Below the pieces are notes generated by a model, which was given only the letters and a program-made list of their open reading frames with translations, did no database searches and was not told the origin of the DNA. Both the position numbers and the translations under genes were made by a program. 64,000 bases of DNA from a virus. This document shows positions 9,711-19,309 of this stretch, in pieces. Each line of letters opens with the position of its first letter. The first letter of the stretch is position 1. The stretch lies in the IMG/VR virus record IMGVR_UViG_3300015265_000205, positions 3,222-67,221 of that record; one strand, 5' to 3'.

Positions 9711-11501
9711 TTATGCGGCTTCGACGACCAGGCCGGCACGCGCGGCGGCAAAGTCGAACTTGGCCAGGCGGTCGATGGCCTCGGCCGGCGTCAGGCCGAA
9801 CTGCTCGAACATCACATCGAGGATGTCGCTGTCGGATGGGTAGAGGTCATCGGCAGCGGCGTCGAGCAGGTCAGGTGCTGGCGCTGGGCGGCTCGGCGCC
9901 GGCAACGGTGCGGCGGCTGCCGGCGCGCGGCGGGTGGCGATAGGGGCGGTAGATTTGGGCGTCGCCACTTGGGCGACCGGCTCGGCGGCGCGCTCGGCAG
10001 CGATCTGCGAGGCTTGCTCCGCCAGTTGGCGCTGTGTGTCCGCTGCCGCTCGCTCGCGCTCAGCCTGCGCTGCCTCAGCTGCCTCCGCTGCCAGGCGGTC
10101 CGATTCCACCTGGGCCAGCCGGATTGTCTCTGCCGCTGCCTTTTCTGCCTTGACGCGCTCCTCTTCCCGGATCCGGGCCCGCTCGGCTTCAGCCTTTGCT
10201 TCCTCGGCGCGCTTGTGATCAGCGATGCGGCTGGTGATGACGAGCTGGAAGTCTTCCATGGGCTTGCCGATGATGTTGGCCATGTCCATGAACAGGAAAC
10301 CGTAGGTCGCGGCGTGCTCGCGGCACCATGCCTGCTTGGCGCGGTAGTCGGCGGCTTGTGTGTTGGCCGCAATCTTGGCGTTGGCCAGGGTTGTGCTGAC
10401 GGCATCGCGCAGGCTGCCCAGGGTGCGCTTGTTCTTCATGGCGCCGGCAAAGTCCGGCTGCTGCAGTTGCAGGCGCAGCGGCGTAATTTCGGTTTCGAGC
10501 GCGGCCACGTGCGCGGTGAAGGCGTGCCGGCCTTCGTTCAGGATGGTTTCCTTGATCTGTTCCTTGCGGGTTTTGACCAGCTTTTCCAGTTCCAGGCGCT
10601 TGGCGCGGAACTGTGCCTTGATGTGGTCGACCGTGCGCATCACTTCGTCAATGGTCGCGGTCTGCGCCAGGGCGGCGGCCTTGGCCAGTTCCAGCTTGTC
10701 TTCCGCCTCGCCGCAATACCTGACGGTGTTTTCGGCATTGGCGAAGTCTTCGTCGGTTTCCAGCTTGGTGTTGATTTTGGCAATGAACTTCTCGGCGGCG
10801 GCCTTGTACGCCACGAGGTTGCTGCTGACGACCTTGCCTTCGGTCTGGACGACCAGGGCGGGCAGGGCGGCGATAGGCTCGGCAGCTGGCTTCTCGATAA
10901 TGTCCACCTGCGTGTAGTTGGCGACGTCGATATCGAACTGCTCCCAGCCAGCCACGATGCGCGAAAACCATGCGGTGTCCGGATATACCCACATCCAGAC
11001 CATGTTGTCCTCGGTGCCGTCGGATGCCATGAACAGCCACTTCTCGGCGCCGGTCACCAGCAGTTGCTGCTGAACCTGCGGCTGGTGCTCTTCTGGCAGC
11101 GCGCCGGTGCCAATCGACGCGGCCAGCTCCGCATTCCATTGCTTGTGCTCGAAGCCGATGGTCTCTGCCATGTTCAGGCCGTCACACGAGGCGCTTTCGC
11201 GGCCCAGCGACAGCGTGGCAGGGTACAGGTCGTCGCCAATGATGCGCTCTGCCAGCGGGCGCGCCAGCGCTTCGACTTCATGGCCGTAGTCCAGGATGTT
11301 TTCCTGCACCCAGTCGCTGAACTCCTTGGCCAGGCCTGTGGCCTTCATGCGCACCAGCTCGCTGCGAGTTACCTTCTTTGACAGGCCCAGCATCGCGGCC
11401 GCCTCGCTGGCGCCATGGTGATCGAAGCGGAAGGCGTGCCAGTCGTCGCTGCCCTGGAGCAGATTGTGGATTTCGCGGGTGAGAGTATTTTCGCGTTGCA
11501 T
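9711..11501 (-). CDS. YqaJ/lambda-type exonuclease with long coiled-coil C-terminus
   Basis: QGSDDWHAFR, ASEAAAMLG, SASCDG, FEHK, QVQQQL motifs; next to recT. Confidence 0.88.
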   Translation of the reverse strand: MQRENTLTREIHNLLQGSDDWHAFRFDHHGASEAAAMLGLSKKVTRSELVRMKATGLAKEFSDWVQENILDYGHEVEALARPLAERIIGDDLYPATLSLGRESASCDGLNMAETIGFEHKQWNAELAASIGTGALPEEHQPQVQQQLLVTGAEKWLFMASDGTEDNMVWMWVYPDTAWFSRIVAGWEQFDIDVANYTQVDIIEKPAAEPIAALPALVVQTEGKVVSSNLVAYKAAAEKFIAKINTKLETDEDFANAENTVRYCGEAEDKLELAKAAALAQTATIDEVMRTVDHIKAQFRAKRLELEKLVKTRKEQIKETILNEGRHAFTAHVAALETEITPLRLQLQQPDFAGAMKNKRTLGSLRDAVSTTLANAKIAANTQAADYRAKQAWCREHAATYGFLFMDMANIIGKPMEDFQLVITSRIADHKRAEEAKAEAERARIREEERVKAEKAAAETIRLAQVESDRLAAEAAEAAQAERERAAADTQRQLAEQASQIAAERAAEPVAQVATPKSTAPIATRRAPAAAAPLPAPSRPAPAPDLLDAAADDLYPSDSDILDVMFEQFGLTPAEAIDRLAKFDFAAARAGLVVEAA

Positions 11502-11536
11502 GATGTGTCCTTGGTGATTTTTTTGTGGTCTAGCGA

Positions 11537-12475
11537 TTAGTCGTTTTCGTGCGCCCAGCTGTCGATCGTCATTTTTTGCGCCTCGGTGAAGGTCGCCCGG
11601 GTGCTGAGCATGGCAATCAGCTGCGCCGGCGTTTTCTTCTTGCTGTGGATGGTCTGGCGCCATTCCGGCGTTTTCTGCTTGAACAGCTCGTCAGTACATT
11701 CCGGCAGCTGGACGATGGTGCGGTCATCTGCAGCCGGCGCGGCCGGCGTGATGTCGCGCATTTCACGGTTCGTTTCCTCAAGCTCGTCTGGCGTGTACAC
11801 GCCCAGGATTACGTCAGGGGCGTACAGGCGGCTCCAGCGCTTCACGGCGAGGTAAGCCAATTGCTGGCGTGGATCGGTCGCCCAGAGCGGCGAGTTGCGC
11901 ACGGAGGCCTGGACAAGCAGCAGTTCGAGATAGCGCGGCTCGTTTTCGCCGCGCAGCGTTGCCCAAATGCGCACGCCGCAGCCTTCTTCGCTCTGCATGG
12001 GGTAATCCGGCACGCGGTATTGATAGGCTTTTTTGTAGTCTCTATCGCCCGGCTTTCCCTTGGCCGGTGCCTCGCAAACGCGTGTTTTTCCGATGATTTT
12101 TTCCCATGGCCCGAACCATTCGTAGTTGAAGCGGTCGAGCGTGACGCCGCTGGACTGGATGGCTGCGTTCACCAGCTGGCCTTCGTAGCCGAGCGTGCCG
12201 TTCACCAGGTGCGTCTTCTGCGCCACCGCAAACGGGTTCATCTTCCACTGCATGGCCTGCATGACGACAGCTGCACAGTCGGCCGAGCTGCCTTTCAGGT
12301 GATCCGGGATGGTTGAGCGGCCCTTGGCCATGATGTCGGCCAAGCGCATGATGCTATCCATGCTCGCAACGTCGAGGATCAGGGAGGCGCTGCTTGTGCT
12401 GGCGACGGACAGATCGCCCTGTCCGTACTGCGCTGTTTGCAGGGCCGTTTGACCCTCTTGGGTTGCTGCGTTCAT
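11537..12475 (-). CDS. recT: RecT-family single-strand annealing protein
   Basis: QAMQWKMNPFAVAQKT..LGYE, PRQQLAYLAVKRWSRLYAPDVILGVYTPDE. Confidence 0.88.
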   Translation of the reverse strand: MNAATQEGQTALQTAQYGQGDLSVASTSSASLILDVASMDSIMRLADIMAKGRSTIPDHLKGSSADCAAVVMQAMQWKMNPFAVAQKTHLVNGTLGYEGQLVNAAIQSSGVTLDRFNYEWFGPWEKIIGKTRVCEAPAKGKPGDRDYKKAYQYRVPDYPMQSEEGCGVRIWATLRGENEPRYLELLLVQASVRNSPLWATDPRQQLAYLAVKRWSRLYAPDVILGVYTPDELEETNREMRDITPAAPAADDRTIVQLPECTDELFKQKTPEWRQTIHSKKKTPAQLIAMLSTRATFTEAQKMTIDSWAHEND

Positions 12476-12587
12476 GACTTTTTCCTTGTGAGTTTTATAA
12501 TTTCTGCCTTCAACAGCGCCAGGCGGACGGCGTAGACGATGGCGTGGCCGGCATGCCAGTTGCGCAGGGCCTGGCTGGCCACGTCCA

Positions 12588-12833
12588 TCACGGCTTGGCT
12601 GACGACGTCCACTGCGCCTCCCGGTGGGCGCGGCCCAGTTGCTTCACACGCGAGGCGGATGCGTCCAGGTCGATCAGCGCTTCGATCTGCGCGGTGATCA
12701 GTTCCTTGCGCATTTCTTCCAGCCCGGCCAACTCGCGGCGCACGCCGGCCAGGCGCAACTTGTTCATGTTGTGCTGGTGCTGCGCCTGGTAGTGACGGTG
12801 GGCTGCCAGGAGGCGGTGGAAGAGGGCGATCAT
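12588..12833 (-). CDS. Hypothetical protein
   Basis: Coupled ORF within the operon. Confidence 0.55.
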   Translation of the reverse strand: MIALFHRLLAAHRHYQAQHQHNMNKLRLAGVRRELAGLEEMRKELITAQIEALIDLDASASRVKQLGRAHREAQWTSSAKP

Positions 12834-12961
12834 TTGCGCACCATCGCCGTCACGCCCAGGGCGCCATCGTCATAGGCCGCGTCCTGCAGTGCACCCAGGT
12901 CGCCAATGGCGGAATAGCTGCGCACGCCGTCGGCGGTGCGAATGGTGATGATGTAGCTCAC
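12830..12961 (-). CDS. Small hypothetical protein (MSYIITIRTADG...)
   Basis: GTG start with GGGAG RBS; stop overlaps the next ATG. Confidence 0.55.
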   Translation of the reverse strand: MSYIITIRTADGVRSYSAIGDLGALQDAAYDDGALGVTAMVRK

Positions 12962-13178
12962 GATGCGCTCCCTTCACGGCCAGCCAGCAGCACGCGGATA
13001 CCGTTACGTGCGGTCGTGGCCTTGGCTCCGTAGCAGGCGCCGGCCGGGATATGGTCGGTCGCGTCCAGGCAGCCGCTGTTCAGCGCCGATTCGACGCCCG
13101 CGTCCTGGTGGGAAAAGGCAAGGGCGGCAGACACGGCCAAGCGGGACTGGCGGCCGGCGGTGACGTTGCGGGCCGCGA

Positions 13179-13490
13179 TCACGCTGCGCTCCCTGCGAAA
13201 GCTGCGGAAATACCGGCGTCTTCGCCGACCACGTAGCGCCCAGTCGTCAGGCCGCAGAACGGGCAGTGGCTGGCGACGCACGGCATTTCCTTGCCCTTGG
13301 CGTTGGTGAATCCCTTGCCGGTGCCACGGATGCGGAACGGGATATTGATCACGCTGCGCATGCTGTTGTCATCCGTCATGGCGAAGCCGGTGGCTTGGCA
13401 CTCGACCTGGATGTCGCTACCGGCCTTGGCCACGATGAACGGGGCGCTGGCCAGCTTGGTTTCGATTGTTTTTACGCAGTCGCAATTCAT
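13179..13490 (-). CDS. Small Cys-rich hypothetical protein
   Basis: MNCDC...HCPFCG; GAGGAG RBS. Confidence 0.75.
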   Translation of the reverse strand: MNCDCVKTIETKLASAPFIVAKAGSDIQVECQATGFAMTDDNSMRSVINIPFRIRGTGKGFTNAKGKEMPCVASHCPFCGLTTGRYVVGEDAGISAAFAGSAA

Positions 13491-13511
13491 GTTTCCGCTC
13501 CTCTGATTAAT

Positions 13512-13582
13512 TGGCGCCCCGGCAGGGAATCGAACCCTGCTGATGCCGGCCGCACTGTCCGGCACCCAGTCCACTACGGGGC
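13512..13582 (-). ncRNA. tRNA-like RNA (non-canonical)
   Basis: Acceptor GCCCCG/CGGGGC, 3' GCCA, T-arm GCAGGG-TTCGATT-CCCTGC, middle stem GTGCCGG/CCGGCAT, no D stem. Confidence 0.55.
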
Positions 13583-13859
13583 TTTCAATCCTGCGTACGC
13601 CAGGAAGCGCGGCCGGTGCGGGTCGTAACTCCGGCGCTTGATACATCGCGTGCCCGCTGACGCAATTCATAGTGCTGGCGGCCCTGTCGATCCGTCGGGC
13701 GTGTGATTCCTGCGGCTGGTGGGCCGCCAACAAGGGAGGCGTTTGGTCAGACGGCGGGATTTGCTTTCGGCTCGGCCCCGCTTGCATAGTGCAAACGCCT
13801 CTCTTGTTGGCCGCCGGTTACGCCGGCGAAACGGGCCAGGGCGACTGGCCGGGGTGAAA

Positions 13860-14039
13860 TTAGGCTGCCGACACCTGCGAAGGGCGGAAGCGCTGGCTTT
13901 GCGTCGAGCCGTCCAGCAGCACTTCCAGGAAGTCGCCACGCACGCCCGGATGCGTCTGCACGAACTTGCCCGGGCGCGCCGCTGGATCGGTTTTCGTGCC
14001 CTTCACATTCACCTTCTGATCTTTTTTGAAATTCGACAT
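13860..14039 (-). CDS. Small basic hypothetical protein
   Basis: MSNFKKDQKVNVKG...; AAGGA RBS. Confidence 0.7.
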   Translation of the reverse strand: MSNFKKDQKVNVKGTKTDPAARPGKFVQTHPGVRGDFLEVLLDGSTQSQRFRPSQVSAA

Positions 14040-14184
14040 GCTGTATTTCCTTAAAGGTTGGTTGTGGCGCCGGGCTTCCCCGGGCGCCTGATCCTCACGA
14101 AGATCAATCGGGGCATGCTGATCCCACAGGGCATTTATCCGGCCCGCCGGCCTGTCCCGCCTTGAACTACGGCGCGGGCGACCG

Positions 14185-14418
14185 CTAAACCTTTGCCAGC
14201 TCTGCAGTCCAGCCCAACTCGCGGCCATAAAACGTGCCGCTGCAAGACGCCATACGCGCATCGACCCGCGCCAGCTCATGCGCTTGATTTGGACTTCCTG
14301 CCCAGGCTGTTGCCTTAAAATTTCCATCCTCAAACTTGATCAACACGTTGTACTTACGCAGTGCTGCGCGCGCCGGTGGGGCGCTGAACAGGCCGGGCAG
14401 CGCGTCGCGGGCACTCAT
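14185..14418 (-). CDS. Hypothetical early protein
   Basis: MSARDALPGL...; downstream of the leftward operator. Confidence 0.55.
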   Translation of the reverse strand: MSARDALPGLFSAPPARAALRKYNVLIKFEDGNFKATAWAGSPNQAHELARVDARMASCSGTFYGRELGWTAELAKV

Positions 14419-14423
14419 GGCGG

Positions 14424-14513
14424 TTAGCCGCGCGCTGGGATTGCGATTGCCGGGATCACTTCGCCGTGGGCGATGAGGACCGCTTCGAGTGCTGCGAGCT
14501 CTGCTGGGGACAT
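14424..14513 (-). CDS. 29-aa first ORF of the leftward transcript
   Basis: MSPAELAALEAVLIAHGEVIPAIAIPARG with AGGAG RBS. Confidence 0.45.
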   Translation of the reverse strand: MSPAELAALEAVLIAHGEVIPAIAIPARG

Positions 14514-14546
14514 GTCGTACTCCTGTGTTTGCTTTCGATAACGCAT

Positions 14547-14586
14547 TAAACACCATGTTTATAAACATAGTCAAACGTTTTGTTTA
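14547..14586. promoter_or_regulatory. Leftward operator (oL-like)
   Basis: TAAACA-CCA-TGTTTA (14547-14561) and CAAACG-TTT-TGTTTA (14572-14586); the same palindrome occurs at oR. Confidence 0.75.
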
Positions 14587-14737
14587 ATTTTGTGGATTTT
14601 TTGTTTAGTGCATCAGGATGGGTGACGCGACGTTGCCTTGCGGGGAGGGAGGGGGCGGCAAGCGATTTTGCGGCGGCCTATCTATCGAGGGAAGGGCAGG
14701 AACGTGAGGATATTGTTCGTTCAAAGATTTTTGGACG

Positions 14738-14762
14738 AAAAAAAGCCCGCGCGCGGCGGGCT
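14738..14762 (-). terminator. Intrinsic terminator after the CI-linked moron
   Basis: AGCCCGC hairpin followed by a U-tract on the minus strand. Confidence 0.7.
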
Positions 14763-14788
14763 ACTTGGCGAGAAAAAATGGGGGGAGG

Positions 14789-15643
14789 CTACAGTGGCTC
14801 TTTCGCAAAAATCTGGCCGGTCTTGGTGCTATAGATCCAGACTTGAGACAAGGTGGTCACGATCGATGGACCCGACATAGCGATTTCTGTTGGGCTGTCC
14901 ATGGTTGCTTTCATGTAGTCGCTGTATCGTGCGGCATATGGTGCGCTCAAGTTCGCAATGTATAGGATGCCAATGTTTTCTTTGCTCTCCCTAGCAATCT
15001 CTGGAGAAACCTTAAAGGAAAAATCTGACGGGATGTTGACCGACCTGGATATAGAGTTTACATTGGCAAAAGTAATTCCGCAAACATCGTAGGTAAAGCT
15101 GGTAATTTCGACTTTTCTGCCATATCCATTCTCACCCACGTAAGTTCTGGAACTTGATAGCTCTTTGTTTATTGGTGCGGAAGTATAAAAATTTCCATTA
15201 ATCCGAACCGATCCACTACCGTGTGAAACTATACGGATTCTCATAGTTTCTGTGTCAGCATCGTATTTCGGCAACATCATAGGTTTCGACGGAGAAAATG
15301 CCAGTACACTCGATCCCGTCAGCTGCCCGTACAAGCGAGCATCTTTCACGAATTCAATACGATCCGCGAATGCCTTCGAACTCTCAAACTCATCTTTCTC
15401 TAGCTTGATCGAACTGAGAAGCCGTGAAATTTCGACGCAGCTGTGGCCTCGATAGTTGGCTGGCAGCGATTCTACGCTTGCATCGAAGGGCGCCACGTCG
15501 TAAGAACTGTAGCTTGGTGCCTTCTTTTCCTGCTGTTTAACCTGCTGCTTTTTAGCGCTAGTTTTTGATTTTGGGGCTTCTTGCGCCTGCAGGTGTGCAT
15601 GGAAGCTACTCAAAAATGCGATTGCAAAAAATGCTTTTTTCAT
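14789..15643 (-). CDS. Secreted/periplasmic moron protein downstream of cI
   Basis: Signal-peptide-like MKKAFFAIAFLSSFHAHLQAQE; AT-rich; own terminator. Confidence 0.8.
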   Translation of the reverse strand: MKKAFFAIAFLSSFHAHLQAQEAPKSKTSAKKQQVKQQEKKAPSYSSYDVAPFDASVESLPANYRGHSCVEISRLLSSIKLEKDEFESSKAFADRIEFVKDARLYGQLTGSSVLAFSPSKPMMLPKYDADTETMRIRIVSHGSGSVRINGNFYTSAPINKELSSSRTYVGENGYGRKVEITSFTYDVCGITFANVNSISRSVNIPSDFSFKVSPEIARESKENIGILYIANLSAPYAARYSDYMKATMDSPTEIAMSGPSIVTTLSQVWIYSTKTGQIFAKEPL

Positions 15644-15715
15644 TATGTGTTTTTTTTGAGCAATAAGATTATTAGTGTTTCTAGTTTGGAATTTTTGCAT
15701 AGAAATTAATCGCCA

Positions 15716-16411
15716 TTAAATTCTATCCCCTTCACGCCTCACGACTCTGCCGATAATAATGCACTCACCGTTTCTGCACATCTTACGGTGGAATTTTCTC
15801 TGGTCAGCATTATCGGAGGTTAGCCACCATTCGCCAATGTCACGCGAGAGACGTTTAACCACAACCTCTCCCTCATAATTCACTGCAAAAACCACACCGT
15901 CAGCTGGTTTGTTGTCATCCGTATTGAGGATGACAACATCATCTTCGTGCAATGCCGGCTCCATACTTTCGCCTTTAACTTTTATGGCGATTAGCTTTTC
16001 TGGGTTGTATCTATGCTTCGCCACCCATTTTGGGTCCAGTGCAATAGTCCCGCCATCTTCAAATTCCGGCTCTGTTTTAAATCCCGTCATTCCAGCGGAC
16101 AGGCGAAGTTTTACTTTTCTAATGAGGATGAACTCGGTGTCATGTAGCGCCTTGACTTCGACCTTGAGTGCGCCAGGAACGCCCGATGCTCCGGGCGACA
16201 GCGCCATCGGCCCCTCCCCAGTCTCAAGCCAAGTTGCCGAGCAACCCAAAATACTTTGAGCGTTGATCAGCCCCGCCTTCGAGATCCCTCGCGCCTCCCA
16301 GTTATTTATCACTTGCGAAGAAACGTTTAAGGCGCGCGCGACCTCGGCCTGGCTTTCAATGCCCTTGAGAGTCTTTGCAGCCTCGTAAAGTCGTGTCATC
16401 TGTATATGCAT
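15716..16411 (-). CDS. cI: CI-like repressor (HTH plus S24 peptidase)
   Basis: SQAEVARALNVSSQVINNWE HTH; LSAG cleavage site, VKGESMEP, VVKRL. Confidence 0.93.
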   Translation of the reverse strand: MHIQMTRLYEAAKTLKGIESQAEVARALNVSSQVINNWEARGISKAGLINAQSILGCSATWLETGEGPMALSPGASGVPGALKVEVKALHDTEFILIRKVKLRLSAGMTGFKTEPEFEDGGTIALDPKWVAKHRYNPEKLIAIKVKGESMEPALHEDDVVILNTDDNKPADGVVFAVNYEGEVVVKRLSRDIGEWWLTSDNADQRKFHRKMCRNGECIIIGRVVRREGDRI

Positions 16412-16430
16412 GCCTAATTTTCTCGTTAAC

Positions 16431-16493
16431 TAAACAAAATGTGTTACACAGAATGTTGATTTTTGTTTGACTTGTTTATAAACATAGTGTTTA
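16431..16493. promoter_or_regulatory. Rightward operator/promoter region (oR-like)
   Basis: TAAACA-TAG-TGTTTA at 16479-16493 plus degenerate copies between divergent cI and cro. Confidence 0.75.
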
Positions 16494-16528
16494 ATGCGGT
16501 GAACATTACCAACCAGGTGGAAACATCC

Positions 16529-16828
16529 ATGATTGACGACGACAAGAAGCAAATCACCACGCTTGGCGGGCCGACGAAGGTTGCCGCCTTGCTCGGCTAT
16601 GACAAGCACGGCGGAGTGCAGCGCGTCCAAAACTGGATGACACGCGGGATTCCCTCGAAAGTGAAGCTTGATCGGCCGGATATTTTTTCCCAGGCATCAC
16701 CGCGCTGCGCCAGCGATTCGGTTCCAGCGCCAGGCCACGCCGGCCGGCAGCCGCCCACTACCAATGCCATCTTCGACACCGTGCCGCTGCGGGCCGCTGT
16801 CGGCATCGACGTGGGCGCGAAGCCATGA
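16529..16828 (+). CDS. cro: Cro-like regulator
   Basis: LGGPTKVAALLG...RVQNWMTRGIP; divergent from cI. Confidence 0.8.
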   Translation: MIDDDKKQITTLGGPTKVAALLGYDKHGGVQRVQNWMTRGIPSKVKLDRPDIFSQASPRCASDSVPAPGHAGRQPPTTNAIFDTVPLRAAVGIDVGAKP

Positions 16829-17033
16829 TCCGCCTGATCCCAATTTCCCCGCCTCGTTCGGCAGACGACTTCGTGTGCATTCCGATTCTCGAGCCGCACC
16901 AGTTGCCTCGCGGCGCGCCGCTCGAGGAGTGCGCATCGCCAGCAAGCGAGCGCCCACCGTAAAACAGCACCAAGTACCACCCTGCATTTTCGCTGTACCC
17001 AAACCCTGTAACACCGACCACCAGGAGAAAACC

Positions 17034-17321
17034 ATGAAACAGAAGCAAAAACGTACCGCGCTCGTCAAGGGCTACATAACTGATGACAACAAGGATGCCT
17101 TGCAAGCCGCATGCACGGCGATGCGCAAGACCGTCAGCGACGTGCTGAACGAATGCACGATCGTGATCATCCGCAATCACCTGGACGCCAGGCCGAAACG
17201 GAATGATACGCCGCCGTTTTCGAACGGGGCTAGACCCAAATCACGGGAAAAGCTGGGCCCACTCCAGGCGCAGCGCCCCAGCTTCGGCCTGGTCCCTCGC
17301 GTCGTGCGGATGCGGGTTTAA
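17034..17321 (+). CDS. Small regulator at the CII position
   Basis: AGGAG RBS; ribbon-helix-helix-like N-terminus. Confidence 0.55.
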   Translation: MKQKQKRTALVKGYITDDNKDALQAACTAMRKTVSDVLNECTIVIIRNHLDARPKRNDTPPFSNGARPKSREKLGPLQAQRPSFGLVPRVVRMRV

Positions 17322-17338
17322 CGGCATGGAGGCAGCTA

Positions 17339-17554
17339 TTGAATAAACCAGCCGAGGTGACAGCCGAGGAAAAGGAGCTGGTATTCCAGCGTTCGATGAT
17401 TTACCGCCAGGCCGAGAAAGACCTGCAGGGCGCCAAGGACGGGGAGGGCGAGAGCGCGGCGAAGGCCGCGCACAAGGAAGCGCGCCAGAAATGGCGCGAT
17501 GCCACCGACAGGGTGGCGAAGAAATACGAGGTGCCGCGGCGCGAGCCTCCATAA
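17339..17554 (+). CDS. Hypothetical helical protein
   Basis: GGAGG RBS before TTG start. Confidence 0.6.
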   Translation: MNKPAEVTAEEKELVFQRSMIYRQAEKDLQGAKDGEGESAAKAAHKEARQKWRDATDRVAKKYEVPRREPP

Positions 17555-17630
17555 CGGACCCGCACCCGACAGCTACAGCATTACACGGCCGGAATCGGCA
17601 ACTTTAATCACCATCAATTAGGAATATGAC

Positions 17631-17894
17631 ATGACGCAAACAACTGCAATTAAGCCATACCGCTCGCTGGACGACGCCCACGGCAATAACGAATTGCTTG
17701 ACATGCTGCTGGCCAAAGGCCCGAAGAACGATGCAGCGCTTGCCCGCGCGCTGGAAGTGGCGCCGCCAGTGATTTCCAAGATTCGCCACGGCCGCCTGCC
17801 AATCGGCGCCTCGCTGCTGATTCGCATGCACGAGGTGTTCGACGTGTCGATCCGCGAGCTCAAGCGCATCGCGCGCGCTGAGGTGGCGGCTTGA
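17631..17894 (+). CDS. HTH DNA-binding protein
   Basis: KNDAALARALEVAPPVISKIRHGRLPIG. Confidence 0.8.
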   Translation: MTQTTAIKPYRSLDDAHGNNELLDMLLAKGPKNDAALARALEVAPPVISKIRHGRLPIGASLLIRMHEVFDVSIRELKRIARAEVAA

Positions 17895-18117
17895 CCTGGG
17901 CGACATTGCGGGCGGCGCCCGGCGCAAGCACGGCGCAGGGCGAGCAGGGCGGCGACGCCCGGCAAGATCCGCACGATGGCGCGTTGCCTGTCGATCCTGG
18001 CCATGTGCGGACGCGTCAGCACTACGAAGCAATGCTCGAAGAGCAGCGCGCCAGCCAATAAAAAAGCCCGCTTGCAGGCGGGCTTCCTTGAAACGCTATA
18101 AATCTTTGAGAGAATTT

Positions 18118-18876
18118 ATGAGCCAAATTGTACAACACAAAGGCATCACGATAGCGAATACGCTGATCGCGGTCGATAAAGAAGGCCGCTTTTGCCTCAA
18201 CGACCTGCACAAGGCCGCGGGCGCGGAAAGCCGCCACCAGCCTGCATTCTTCTTCCGCCGCCCGGAAATCCAGGAACTGGAAGCGGAATTAAACTCTGCG
18301 CCGGCGCAGAGTTTGCAGACCATCACCACCCAAGGCCGTAACGGTGGCACCTACGTCTGCAAGGAACTGGTCTACGCCTACGCTATGTGGATCAGTCCCA
18401 AGTTCCACCTGGAAGTCATCCGCACCTTTGATGCCGTGGCCACCGGCCAGACGCCGGCCGCCGCGCCCGCGCGCAGCGCAGTCTCGCCCGCCAAGGAATT
18501 CCGCGCCATCTTCGGCATTGCACGCCTGATCGGCCTCGACAAGAATGCTGCGGCGATCAGCGCAAACCAGGGTACGGCCGCGCTGACCGGCGTGAACATG
18601 CTGCAGCTGATGGAGCGTACGCACCTGGCCACGCCCAGCCAGGAGATTTACTACACGCCGACGGAGCTGGGCAGCCGCTTCGTCAAGAGCGCCAAGGCGT
18701 TCAACCAGTTGCTGGTGCAGGCCGGTCTGCAAGAGAGTATTGCAGGCCATTGGGTACCGACGGAAAAGGGGCGCGCGCACGCTTTCGTGGCGGACACCGG
18801 CAAGGCGCACTCCAGCGGCACGCCTATCCAGCAAGTGAAATGGCGCGACTCGGTCCTGGCGGAGGTGGCATTGTGA
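18118..18876 (+). CDS. KilA-N domain (antirepressor-like) protein
   Basis: GRFCLNDLHKAAG, GGTYVCKELVYAYAMWISPKF. Confidence 0.88.
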   Translation: MSQIVQHKGITIANTLIAVDKEGRFCLNDLHKAAGAESRHQPAFFFRRPEIQELEAELNSAPAQSLQTITTQGRNGGTYVCKELVYAYAMWISPKFHLEVIRTFDAVATGQTPAAAPARSAVSPAKEFRAIFGIARLIGLDKNAAAISANQGTAALTGVNMLQLMERTHLATPSQEIYYTPTELGSRFVKSAKAFNQLLVQAGLQESIAGHWVPTEKGRAHAFVADTGKAHSSGTPIQQVKWRDSVLAEVAL

Positions 18877-18950
18877 ATAGCCTGTCGAGCAATCCGTCGA
18901 GCCCAAGCAAAGGTGCGCATCCATACGCCCATGCAAAAACGATAAGCGGT

Positions 18951-19199
18951 TTAGTTGATCAAATCGAGCACAGCACCGGAATTGATCAGTTCAAGGCTAT
19001 AGGCATCAGCCTCGATGAGCGCTGCACTCAATTTTTTAAACGCCGCTTGAGTGGAAACGATAACCGGAGGGGTAATTCGCTCTCCCGTATCTTCGCGACC
19101 CACAAAAAATATTTGCCCCCTGAAACGATTATCCGCTTCTTGAATCGCATCGACATGGTAGATGAAGCCACCGACGCAATGCATTTCTTTGGTTTTCAT
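18951..19199 (-). CDS. Antisense small protein A
   Basis: AAGGGA RBS, lower GC, extended -10 TG-A-TAGGGT at 19225-19233. Confidence 0.7.
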   Translation of the reverse strand: MKTKEMHCVGGFIYHVDAIQEADNRFRGQIFFVGREDTGERITPPVIVSTQAAFKKLSAALIEADAYSLELINSGAVLDLIN

Positions 19200-19309
19200 G
19201 TCATCCCTTCTTGCTCAAGAGTTAACCCTATCATTGCTATCAGTCTTCTAGGCGCTCGATACACTTTGATTGATGCGCCGCATGCGTTTGCGGTATCGGG
19301 AGGTCAGGG

